Assembly (NCBI GenBank): GCA_050084985.1
Contig: JBITNC010000001.1
Span: 123,566,001-123,630,000 of the forward strand
DNA: 64,000 bases
DNA from: Nageia nagi
Lineage: Eukaryota > Plantae > Pinophyta
Direction of reading: 5' to 3'
The notes below the pieces were generated by a model, which was not told the DNA's origin, ran no database searches, and worked only from the letters and a program-made list of their open reading frames with translations. Below are positions 13,922 to 25,046 of this stretch, one piece after another. The position numbers and the translations under genes are program-made. The stretch's first letter is position 1. Each line of letters starts with the position of its first letter.

Positions 13922-14607
13922 ATTTTCAATTAATATGTTTTTATTAATTTTGTACTAGGTGTTTCTAGTTTTTGAAAAGTTGCTTGTGTCTATTCACATA
14001 ATTTGTTATAAACTTAATCATTTTCAAACTATTTTTTTTATTTCTGTAGAATAATTTTGGTGAAGCTTGTCCCTTATATAATGTTTTGTTTTCATAAATA
14101 CTATAAAAAACTTATTAATAAAAATATGTACCCTCATATTTCAAGATATATGGACCACTTTTACTAATACATAATTTACAAATATTTATTCTTAGACAAT
14201 TGTAAAGATATTTACATATTTTAAATCTTACACTCTTTAGCTTAAATGGGTTTTTTAATTTCATGGAAAAATTCTACTTAAAAAATCCATTCAAATGTTT
14301 ATGCATAAAGTTGAGATTTCTATTAAAATTGCCTATGACATCTACTTGTAGGTCCATAGGCTAAAGTGTTGATCATATGCCTTTCCAAGATGAAATTTAA
14401 GGTGATCAGAGATTCAATATTGGAATCTCGATAAATTAAGATCTTGATTTTTTATATGTATTTATGATGTAAATATAAGGTGTTCCTTATATTTATTGGG
14501 ATCCAAACCTATATCAGGTATTCTTGATTTTTTTTACATTGATATTTTTACTTTCATCAATTTTCCCCACTTCCCTTTAAGTGGACCTAACTTATTCGCT
14601 TTCTCCA
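13920..14607. mobile_element. Error-rich partial duplicate of the TIR element (right part only)
   Basis: Aligns with 9435-10112 with dense 1-bp indels. Right TIR at ~14565-14607. Confidence 0.85.
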
Positions 14608-15044
14608 CCTACCTACTCTTTGTGTATCAAATTTATGCTTCTGAGGACTAGTTGTAATTATGTTTTTTACTCATAGATTATTTTGAGATTTTAGCATAGA
14701 GGTCCCTATGATCATTAATTTTAGGGTAATATTTTCACTCTACTCACATCTATGAGTTGAGGGATTTTATGTGGATCCTCTACTCCTTCTCTTCCTATGT
14801 TTTCATGAGGACAATATTGTGATGATTCTTATTGTGATACATTCTTGATAACTTTGTGGCTAGTCTTAAGATTCCTCTTTGGTTATTTATTTCTATTTTT
14901 GAGGATGAAACCTCTCTGATTGAATGGGACTCTCTACTTCTCATCCTATTCTATGGGTATGCTTTAGTCACTCAAGCTATTTGAATGCTCCATATTTATT
15001 ACTCAAGGCTTATAGCTCTCTATGGTTTTATGAATTTGTGATGA

Positions 15045-16043
15045 TGATTCCTATACAAATTGTACTTGCTCAAGCTTCGTTGTAAATATATGGCTCTATT
15101 ATTTTATGTTGGATTTGTAAAATTCTTTTCTCTTATATGAGATGGAATTATTTCTTCTCTCTTCTAGTGTTGTGGGATGGGCTTCATTATTCCACTATCG
15201 ATATTTAGGATATTAAATTTATGCTCACACTATCATCCCTTTTGTGTTGTGATGTTAATACTCTACTTCTATAGTAGTTCTAGAACTCACTTTCAATCTC
15301 TTTAACAATCCTCTTTGTCTTTTATCAAGGTGACAGACCTTGAAATAGCTCACTCTTTTCTAGTTACTCAAACAAATTTAGGAATCTCTCTTTGTTTTCG
15401 AAGCAGTATCCCTTGGATTCTTCTTTAGTAGTTTGGGATGGCTGATAGAATACCATATTTGAATACTTTTTAGAGTGAGGTTACTATGAATTCCTATTGC
15501 ACTACACCTTTTTGTGATGATACATTGTAATCACTAGTTGGTTGGGAGTCTCTCACATCTCACTCACATTCGACTTGATATGTCTTATGTTATTGATATT
15601 TTTTCTTAGTTTACACATTCCCCTCCTAAGTCTCACTAGCTTGCATCTAAGAGGATTCTTCATTATTTAAATGGTACATAAACACTTTGGTTTGTTTTAT
15701 ACAAGAGGTGATCTAATGTTGGTTGGTTTATACCAATTTTGATTTGGCTAGCTCTTCCATTGGTTGTCATTCTACTTTTGGCTATGTGTCTTTCCTTGGT
15801 AACTCTCCCATTTCTTGGTAATGCAAGATTCAATATACTAGTGCACTTTCATCCTTTGAGGCAAAGTATAAGGTAGTTGCTTATATGAGTCAAGAGGATC
15901 TCTATCATCGATAATTGTTATATGAGTTTTGGTTATTTTGAGAATCAATCTACATTTATTTAGTATGATAACTAGAGTGCCATCCATATCTTTCATAATC
16001 TTGTTGAGTATCCTCATTCTAGGAATATCCAAGATGATCTTCT
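15045..16043 (+). pseudogene. Element A partial RT/RNase H (second copy)
   Basis: Duplicate of 10555-11535. Confidence 0.85.
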
Positions 16044-16354
16044 TGTTGGAATTATACCCTACATATCCCTAAGTCCTAAGTTAGTAGATTAATTAATTAG
16101 GATTAAGAGTATTTCCTAAAGTATTAGCTTGTGAGGAATATTTGGTCTATGTTGACCATATTCCATGCTTAGCCTATTTGTTAGGATAGGCATCACTTAT
16201 TGTCTTATAGTTCACGTAGGTGTGCTATTTGTGATATTTGTTATGGTGTGAGAATATTGCATCTCAACCATTTAGCTTGTCTTGTAATGGCTCACAAAGC
16301 CTATATATGTAACTCATTTTCATGAGTAATATAGAACATTATAGTTCTCTCAAT

Positions 16355-16366
16355 TGGTATCAGAGC
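16355..16366 (+). promoter_or_regulatory. Primer-binding site (tRNA-iMet) of element C
   Basis: TGGTATCAGAGC lies 2 nt after the LTR end. Confidence 0.95.
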
Positions 16367-17270
16367 ATAGTTGATTATTGGGTTAGAGTGAGTGAAGTCT
16401 TGAAGGATCTTATCAAGCTCCTCAAGGACTGTCATCAAGTTATTGAGCTTGTGGATGCATTGCAAAGAATTTATCAAATTCTTGCAAGTGTGAGATCCAA
16501 AGACTTTGAATTGATCTGGGTAGACTATTGCTTCTGTTTGTGACCTAACATTGAGAAGCATGTGCAGCTAGATGAAAAGGAGACTGCACATTCATTTCTG
16601 AAGCGATAGAGGTCAAAGAGGAGAAGTCACATTATGAGAGGATATCTGCATGCATTGTAGGATCACATAGGAGACTCTGAAGGAGATGATGTTTGGTGAC
16701 TTGATCTGTCATGTAGAGGAGATATTTCATGCATGAAGGAGCATGGAGGAGGTGCATGAAATGTGCATGAAGAGTAGCACATTGGAGAGTCGCATGAAGA
16801 ATCATGTGGAGGAGCTCACGTAAGCTATGAGGAGATGTATGCGATTGGTAGCCTACATTGTGAGGAGACTTTGGTGTTGCTATGCTACATTTGGTGGCCC
16901 ACATGAAGAAGAAGCTGCACAAAGGATGAACTGATCATGATGTTTACATGCTGCATGAGGAGCTCACGTAAGCTGGAGGAGTAGTGTGATGATCATGTGG
17001 TAGAGGATGTGGAGGAGTGACATCCATAGAAGGTAGCATGAGACTAACCTGTGCTCATTTTGTGATGTGAAGGGATCTACACCAGTGAGGAGAGATGTCC
17101 TATTGAAGCTGACCTGCCAAAATTGTGCATCCAAATCTGAGAAGGAGGTGGTTAAATGGCCATCTATTTTCATCTCTATTAATATCTAATTTTGATTACA
17201 GAGACTAAAAGACATTGAGAAAAGGCAATTAAATATTCCTTTTGATATGATTTTTTGTGTGCTAAAATAC

Positions 17271-19172
17271 ATGGATGAAGATATGTCTTATGGCATAAAA
17301 ATTGAGGGTATTAATTTGACCCTAGAAGAAATTAAGGCTCTTATTGGTGAAGAGGAACTTTACATGTTTGGAGGGTATTAGATGACCCATGTGATGAAAG
17401 TGAAAGTAAACCTATGAGAGTTGTTTACATGCTTGGTGATATGTCTATTGAAGACACATATGATGAAAACTATGAAGGAGAATTCCTTGGAGAGGAATTA
17501 GATTGGCCTTGTGATGATCCATGTCTTATGGAGGAGACATTTGAAGAGTGTTCATTGAAGACACCATTTCAGCCATATGATGATGAATGCTTCAAGGAAG
17601 AGGCATATTGTGAACCCATTCTTATGAAGGAGAATGAGGAGGAGTCAACCCAATGTTGGCAAGAGTTTTTTTTTGATAAAGAACAAGATGAAGACACCCT
17701 TGAGGAGGAGTGTTCCATGGCTGCAAACTACTCACATGGAGTAGAGAATATTGATGAAAAAGGCTCAAATCATATGGGATGATGATTCCATTGCTCAATT
17801 TGATGGTGAAGACACCCAATGTGAATATCACCAAGAAGAAACTCTCAAGGAGGAGAGTGTATGTGAGAATCTTCTTCTTGTTGAGAAGAGAGGAGAAGAT
17901 GAGGAATGCTTCATGGAGGAGGCACATGATGATTATCTTATGAAGACAATATGGGATGATGATCTTAGAGAGGTCATTGATGAAGAAGAAATGGAGGCTA
18001 TAAACTCCATGTTCATACAAGAAGATCACTCACCAAGAGTGAATGACAAAGTATATCTCAAGGAGGAGAGAAAGAATAGTGAGATAGTACTTTGTGAAGA
18101 TGAATATCTCAAGGAGGAGATAGAAGATAATGAGATAGCCATTGATGGACTTCATGGTGAAATGGAGGCATCAAAAGATCTTGAGAGTTGTCTTATAAAG
18201 GCAACAATATGCAAAGAGGAACCATGGGAATTCCTTATCATGAATGAAGAAATGATTGCTTTAAAAGTAACATCAAAGGAAAGATTAATGTGGATATCTA
18301 CTCACCAAAACATCATTAGAGGAAATGATTTCTTATTTTTTGGCTTATTTGCTAATGCTACTAATGAATGTTTGCTGATTAAATGTGTGAAGGATAGGTT
18401 GAAGGCTATGGAGAATGGAGGAGAATGTCTATCAAGGCATTACTTGAGGATTGCATCATGGAGACAACATTGAAGAGTCTTCCTTGGGAGAAGACATTGA
18501 TTAAAAACTTGGGTCATGTGGATCCAAATGAGGAATGTAAAATCTTAGTAAGGTGTGATTTTTTGAGTAATAATTTGTGTGAGGAGCAATTCAAAGTTGC
18601 ATATGTAATTAGCCAATGTGTGGCTATGTATTGTGTCAAAGTGTGTGTAGACATTTGTGAGAGAGTAGTGTGGTATAATGATTATTGTGAAATGATGAGA
18701 ACATACTCATGTGAAGTATGCTATGATGTAATGAATGCAAAGCAAATGACTACTTGCAAACATGGTTTAAACACCATATAAAAAATGAGAGAGAGATGAA
18801 AGAATGGTTCAAACACCATTGTGAGAGAGATTGGTTCTTGAAAACCAATACTTATAACATTGATGGAATGTCACTACAAGAATGGTTTGAAGTACCATCC
18901 AAGAGATGAAAGAGTGTGGTTGATTAAAATCAAATATGGAGAGACTTTTGTTGAAGGGGGAGCTACTCAACAAAAGGAGGCACTCAATGAAGGAGCAACA
19001 TCAACAACAATGAAGAAGACTCCATACAACAAGTGGAAGGAGTGCCACCACTTATTTCTTGAAAATTTTGATTTTTTTTGTATGATTGGAGGAAATGAAA
19101 AAGGTTATGTTTCTTCCAACTTTGTAATGCTTAAGAACTCTTGCATGAGTTACTTAGATTTAAAGGGGAGAA
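17271..19172 (+). pseudogene. Frameshifted ~600-codon orphan ORF of element C
   Basis: Overlapping or successive frames at 17414-17782, 17751-18473, 18425-18781 and 18860-19201. The shift at ~17760 is an extra A that is absent from the other copy. Confidence 0.55.
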
Positions 19173-19481
19173 TGTTGGAATTATACCCTACATATCCCTA
19201 AGTCCTAAGTTAGTAGATTAATTAATTAGGATTAAGAGTATTTCCTAAAGTATTAGCTTGTGAGGAATATTTGGTCTATGTTGACCATATTCCATGCTTA
19301 GCCTATTTGGTAGGATAGGCATCACTTATTGTCTTGTAGTTCACGTAGGTGTGCTATTTGTGATATTTGTTATGGTGTGAGAATATTGCATCTCAACCAT
19401 TTAGCTTGTCTTGTAATGGCTCACAAATCCTATATATGTAACTCATTTTCATGAGTAATATAGAACATTATAGTTCTCTCA
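19173..19481 (+). repeat. Element C 3' LTR
   Basis: Follows the PPT, ends CTCTCA, and is followed by the TSD. Confidence 0.96.
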
Positions 19482-19486
19482 CTTCT

Positions 19487-19600
19487 AAGCTTTATTATCT
19501 TCTATATTAGCAGTAGATAGCCAACATCTTCTCTAAACCCCTTGCTTTAATTTGTTTCATTTTCTTGAGTTGTGTGGCTTGCTTGGGGTGAAGGAAGCTT
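19487..19600 (+). pseudogene. C-terminal end of element A RNase H
   Basis: Q*IANIFSKPLA resembles the copia motif QIADIFTKPL. Confidence 0.75.
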
Positions 19601-19835
19601 TCCTTGGGGGTGTTGATGAGGAAATATTTCTCTCCACCTTCCTTTCTTTTCTTTTGGTAGATTCTCTTCTCCCCATGTGGTTTTTTCATCATTTACTAGA
19701 AAGATTCATGAGAGCCATTGTACATGAATACCATATCATACCTAGTTGTTGGGACTCATACTTGTGGACTTAGCCACTTTTTTCTATTTTGTTGGTTTTT
19801 GTCCACACTTATCCCTAGTATCACTTACTAGGGGG

Positions 19836-20114
19836 TGATAGATTATTTTATTACCTTGTTAGGTATCTAAATCTATTGTTAATTTCATTAGGTCAATGGT
19901 TTGTCATGCTTATCCTCTTATCAATTTTTATGATTCAACAGTATGGATTAGTTTGATCGTGTGGCTTTTATTATTGGTCTTGATATTTAAGCAAGGTTAT
20001 GTATCTCATTTATTTAAGGAGAATGCAATCAATATTTTCTTCTCATTTGTAATTCACTTTCATTATCTCACTTTTTTGTGATCTTGAGCAAGGGTGTCTC
20101 TAACATTCCTTTTA
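19836..20114 (+). repeat. Element A 3' LTR
   Basis: Starts TGATAG after a G-run PPT. Homologous to 6901-7160. Confidence 0.85.
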
Positions 20115-20420
20115 TAAAAACAACTAGGTGAAACAAATACTCAAATTAGAAACATCTAAATCTAAATTATAAGTTAAAAAATGACATCCTACACATGTTA
20201 AAAATAGAAATGCAAGCTCTATTTTAAAATGTATCACATATAGGATGAAATATGGTACATCTAGGAAAAATATGGTGGCATTTATGTCAAGATAAAATGT
20301 TCTTCATTTGGGATGAAACATGATCTCATTTGGATTGAAACATGTCGCATTTATGGGTAAAAAGTAGAAAACTTAGAAATGTCACATTTCATGGTAAAAA
20401 TATGAAACAAGTTTCTAATA
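20115..20420 (-). repeat. Element B 3' LTR, proximal fragment
   Basis: Aligns with ~24740-25046 and is adjacent to the PPT. Confidence 0.88.
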
Positions 20421-20430
20421 CTACCCCCTT

Positions 20431-23400
20431 TGATATTGAAGGGACTCACTAATAAGCTCCTCATATTCAAAAAATAAGTTTTAGCAACTCCTTTGGTGAG
20501 GATATTTACAAGATTGTCTAGGGTGTTGCAATGCCTCAGTTTAATGATTTCCTTCTCCACCATATCCTAGATGAAGTAATCCTTTGTGTAAAAATGCTTG
20601 GATATTCTATGGTGGGTTGGATTGTGTACCAGTTAGATGGCATTATGATTATCATAAAATAGAATTGTAGGACCTCTTTGCTTCTCATTAAGTTCCTCAA
20701 GAATTTTCCTCAACCATAATGCTTAAGCACTAGCACTTATGATCACAATATAATTTTCCTTTGTATATGAAAGTTCAATAATGATTTTCTTCTTTTAAAT
20801 CCATGAAATGAGTCCTTAACCAAGGCTAAAATATTATCCAATGTGGATTTCTATCATTCAAGTTACTCCTCCAATCAGAGTGACTATATTTATAAAGTTT
20901 TATCTCATCATTCTTGTAGTAGTGTATACCAAAATCTAATTTGCCTTTGACATAATTCATAATCCTCTTGGGTTTCTTTCATGTTCTCTTTAGTAGGATC
21001 ACTCATGCACCTTGTCATAAGTGAGATAGGATGGGTAATATAAGGCCTAGTATTAGTGAGAAACATAAGCTCCTAGTTAAGATTCTATATGTGGTCACTT
21101 CAACTTTTGCTATTCCATTACCTTTACATAATAATTTAGCATGAGATATAGGATTTGGAACTAGTTTTTATTCATCAATATCATATGTATTCAACATGTC
21201 ATGAGCATATTTAGATTGACAAATAAATACCTTATTATTATCTTAAGTCACTTCCATGCCAAGGAAGTAATGCATTAGTCCTAGATCCTTTATTTCAAAT
21301 TTTTTCATCTAAAGGCCTTGAAATCATCATTCAATTATGTAAAACTACCCATATAGATTATATCATCCACATACAAACACACAAATAAAATTTCTTGACC
21401 TTTCTTGTGAAACCATATTGATTGCAGTAACCATCAATCCTTGCATACCAAGCTCTTGTAGCTTAGTTGAGGCTAGACATGGCCTTATTTAACCTATACA
21501 CAATATATTCACCACCTTTAACCTCAAATCCTTTAGGTTATTAGACATATACCTCTTCATCCAAAGAGCCATTTACAAGTGCACTTGTAACATCCATATG
21601 ATTCACTTGCCAACCTTTGTGTATATCCAAAAAAGGACCAATCTAATCGTATCTTGCTTTGCTATGAGGTAAAATGTTTCTTAATAGTATATGCCATATA
21701 TTTTGGTAAATAACTTGACCACAAGCCTTACCTTATGTATTTCAATGCTCCCATCAATATTGTATTTGGTATTATAAATCCATTTTCTTCCAACACACAT
21801 TTTTCCTTTGGGAAGATCAACAAGCTCCCAAGTTTCATTCTTATTAATGGAAGTAATTACTTCTTTGAATTCCTTCAACCACAAATCATTAGTGCAAGCT
21901 TGATTATAGTTATATGGTTCAATTTCTACACTAGTTAACAATTCATAGTTAACTATATCACCTTTGGGCTCATGATCATCCTCATCACCAGAAATATTCA
22001 AAATATGAAGCCTTTTTATAACTTGATCAATTTCATTTACTTGGCTTTTAATGAATCTCCTTAAGAAATTTTGATCCAACATTTTATTGGATGAATGTGC
22101 TAGAAGTGTTATTTTACCTTTATTTGCTTCTTCTACCATTTAAGCACTTGGAGTGGAAGAACTTTCTTTCCTATTTTGATCAATAGGATACACTTTAGAG
22201 GAGTTATCACCATTGGATCCATTATTAACAAATATTTTTTGATAACCCCATTCTCCCCCTTCATAAAATATCACATCTCTAGAAAAGATAACATTATATG
22301 TTTTTGAATTATATAATATATATACCTTAGTTTTCTCACAATAACCAATAAAAATACATGCTTCAATCTTAGGATCTAACTTCCTCATATTTTCATCAGG
22401 AATATGAGCATAACCAAGACAACAAAAACTTTAAAATGCTTAACATTGGGCTTTTTATCATACCATGCCTCATAATGTATGATGTCATCCAAAATTGAAG
22501 TTGGACTCTATTCAAGATGTATATTATTATCCTCATTGCATCAACATAGCACATATTACTTAAATTTTCACTTTATAACATGCTCCTTGCCATCTCCACT
22601 ATGGTTTAGTTATTCCTCTTTGCTACACCATTTTGTTGTGGAGTATAGGTAACTATGAGTTGACTCTTTATTCCATAATCCTTTCAAAACTATAGGAATT
22701 TATTGGAGCAAAACTATCCTCCTCTACTAATCCTTATGCACTTCACAACATATTCACTTTGGTTTTCCACATGAGTTTTAAATATAAAATATTAAAAAGC
22801 ATGATCTTTGGAAGTTAGAAAATATATCCAATATATCCTCATGCAATTATCAATGAAAATAAGGAAGTAGTAATTATTACCAATACTTTGTATTTTGTCC
22901 ACAAATATCAAAATGTACCATTTGGAGAGGATAGGAGGCTCTCCAGCTTTTCTTCTTAGAAACTTCATCCATGAGTTCTTTACCAAAACACATCCTTCAC
23001 ACATAGTCTTCTCTTATTCAATATTGGCAAATGAGGTACCATATGTTGAGATTTTAACAATCTCAAACTTTGGTAGCTTAAATGACTATATATCATATGC
23101 CATAGCCAATTATTATTCTCAAATGCTACATTTTCTAGTTGGGTACATTCTCTTCCAAATTTGAGTGGAAACAATCTATTCTTGGTCATTGGGACTATTG
23201 TGACCATCCTATAACCATTTTCTTATGATATATCACACACTTCCCATCTTCAAATATAATCTTATAGTCCTTTCATAATTTATCCCACACTTAAAAAAAT
23301 GTGCTTGAGATTAGGCATGTAGCAGATGTTATTTACCTTCTTGGTTCCCTCTTTGATGTTGACATACATGGTCGTATGGCTTTCCTAGTCAATGCATTGT

Positions 23401-24456
23401 CATCCCCAAGCTTTATCTTGTACTTGAAAGAGTTTTCCATTAAGGCAAGCAACTTTTCTTTTCCATTCATGTGATTAGAAGCACCAATATCGATAATCCA
23501 AGTTTGATTTAGATTATGATTAATCTTTGCATAAGACAAAAATAAATTAGAGGACCTATCCTCATCTCTATAATGGGTTGCACTTTCACCTTCTTGATTA
23601 GCCTATATTCTGCACTCTCATAGTGCCCAAGTTTTTTATAGTAGTAACATTGTTTGTTTTGCTTTTGTCCCCCTCCATTTGATCCATCTTTTCCTATTCA
23701 TATTTGTTGGGAAGATCCTTTCCTTCCTATTCCACTTCCTATTAAAGATGATGGCCTCTCCCTTATCCTCTTCCTTATGCATTGGTAACTTCAACCTTCT
23801 TTGTTGAAAAGGCTTTCTCTTTATCATTTACAATTGGTGATTGTGTGGAATCTTGGAGTCTCTCTTCATGGGACATCAAGGATTCTATGATTTGATCATA
23901 AGTAAGAGTTGAAAGATATCTTGACTCCTCAATTATTATTTCCACATGGTTACATGTGGGAATAAGTGTTCTCAACACTTTATTTACTATAACCATATAC
24001 AAAATATCCTCTTCAAGGTTCTTCATCTTGTCCACACATGCTTTGACTCTCACATAATAATCTCCCATAATATCACAGCTGCATCTTGATATTCTTAAAA
24101 TATCTCTTGAAATCTTGTAACCTCACTTATTTTACTTAGATGTTACCTTAATTTCCTTCTTTGCATGTTTTCCATGCATCTTGGATTGAAGTGCATGAAG
24201 CAATACTAGAAAAGATGCTCTTATCCAAGCAAGCTTGCAAATGATAGAGTTCAAAGGAGTTCCTCTTTTGAGCCTTCTTCTTAGTAATATTATTATTGGC
24301 ATGGAGAGTGCTCTAGTATGTTTGATCATGTATCCTTATTCAATAATATCCCATAGCTCTTTTTTCTATGAGTAGTATCTTCATCTTGATAGACCAGTAC
24401 TCATAGTCCTCTCCATGGAATCTAAGATGGGTAGAGTATTGTTGTTTGCACCCATA
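20431..24456 (-). pseudogene. Element B gag-pol polyprotein (decayed)
   Basis: Gag (IVNKVLRTL, IIEESRYLSTLT), protease WIIDIGASNHMNG, pre-integrase WLWHMIYSHL, integrase YYFLIFIDN and RKLDPKIEACIFIGY, RT KNETWELVDLPKGK..KVRLVVK, RNase H NLVNILTKG. Confidence 0.92.
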
Positions 24457-24571
24457 TTGCTCAATAAAATATAAAATAATAGATAATAGTATTTGAAAGA
24501 ATATAATAATTTCTTATAAATACACTTACAAACTCTAACCCTATAGATCTTCTTAAGCTTTGATAATACAA

Positions 24572-25046
24572 TAAGAAGTATAAACATTCATTGATTTCAA
24601 AAATAAAGTTATTATATATATACAGGTTTTGGATATACCCAAAAATAGTATATTCTAAATATAATCCAAGTTCGATGATCATAACTTGTTACAATATAAT
24701 CCATAAGAAAAATAGGAGTTTTAATAATATCAAACATGATAGACAACAACTAAGTGAAATAAACACTCAAATTAGAAACATCTAAAGCTAAATTAGAAGC
24801 TAAAAAATATCATCTTATACATGCTAAAAATAGAACTACATGATCTATTTTAAAACGTATCACATCTAGGATGTAAATTCTCTACATTTAAAATAAAATA
24901 TGATTGTATTTATATCAAAATAAAATATGTTATGTATAGGCTTAAACACAACTATATTTGGGCTAAAATACATTGCATTTATGGGTAGAGAGTAGAAAAT
25001 GTAGAACTGTTAGATTTCAAGTTCAAACTAAAACAAGTTTCTAACA
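24572..25046 (-). repeat. Element B 5' LTR (~475 bp)
   Basis: The minus strand begins TGTTAGAAAC. A decayed PBS is adjacent at 24557-24568. Confidence 0.88.

Larger units (their letters stand above)
9435..18426 (+). repeat. ~4.5-kb direct tandem duplication (9435-13919 / 13919-18426)
   Basis: The offset is ~4508 bp at the LTRs (11536 vs 16044) and the ORF track is duplicated. The junction at 13919 jumps from the acidic ORF back into the MITE interior. Confidence 0.97.
16044..19481 (+). mobile_element. Young non-autonomous LTR retroelement (element C), 3438 bp
   Basis: 309-bp LTRs at 16044-16352 and 19173-19481 with 3 mismatches. PBS TGGTATCAGAGC (16355-16366), PPT AAAGGGGAGAA (19162-19172), perfect TSD CTTCT (16039-16043 / 19482-19486). 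Inserted in the RNase H of element A. Confidence 0.96.
6901..20114 (+). mobile_element. Internally deleted Ty1/copia (element A) nested in the 3' LTR of B
   Basis: Diverged LTR pair 6901-7160 / 19836-20114, decayed PBS ttctatcaga (7161-7170), PPT aggggg before 19836. Gag, protease, partial RT and RNase H remnants are present. Confidence 0.85.
6727..25046 (-). mobile_element. Old full-length Ty1/copia retrotransposon (element B); 3' LTR interrupted by element A
   Basis: The 5' LTR (24572-25046) aligns with 6727-6900 joined to 20115-20420. Decayed Met-PBS (gctttgataata, 24557-24568), PPT ctaccccctt (20421-20430), degenerate TSD tgcat/tgtac. Domain order is gag-PR-IN-RT-RH on the minus strand. 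Confidence 0.88.

Noticed and set aside
11536-19481. A single three-LTR tandem retrotransposon
   Set aside because: The middle LTR is preceded by duplicated host sequence and its own TSD, not by a PPT. It derives from the 4.5-kb duplication.
19600-19620. G-run followed by TGTTG as the start of the 3' LTR of A
   Set aside because: Homology with the 5' LTR begins only at 19836.
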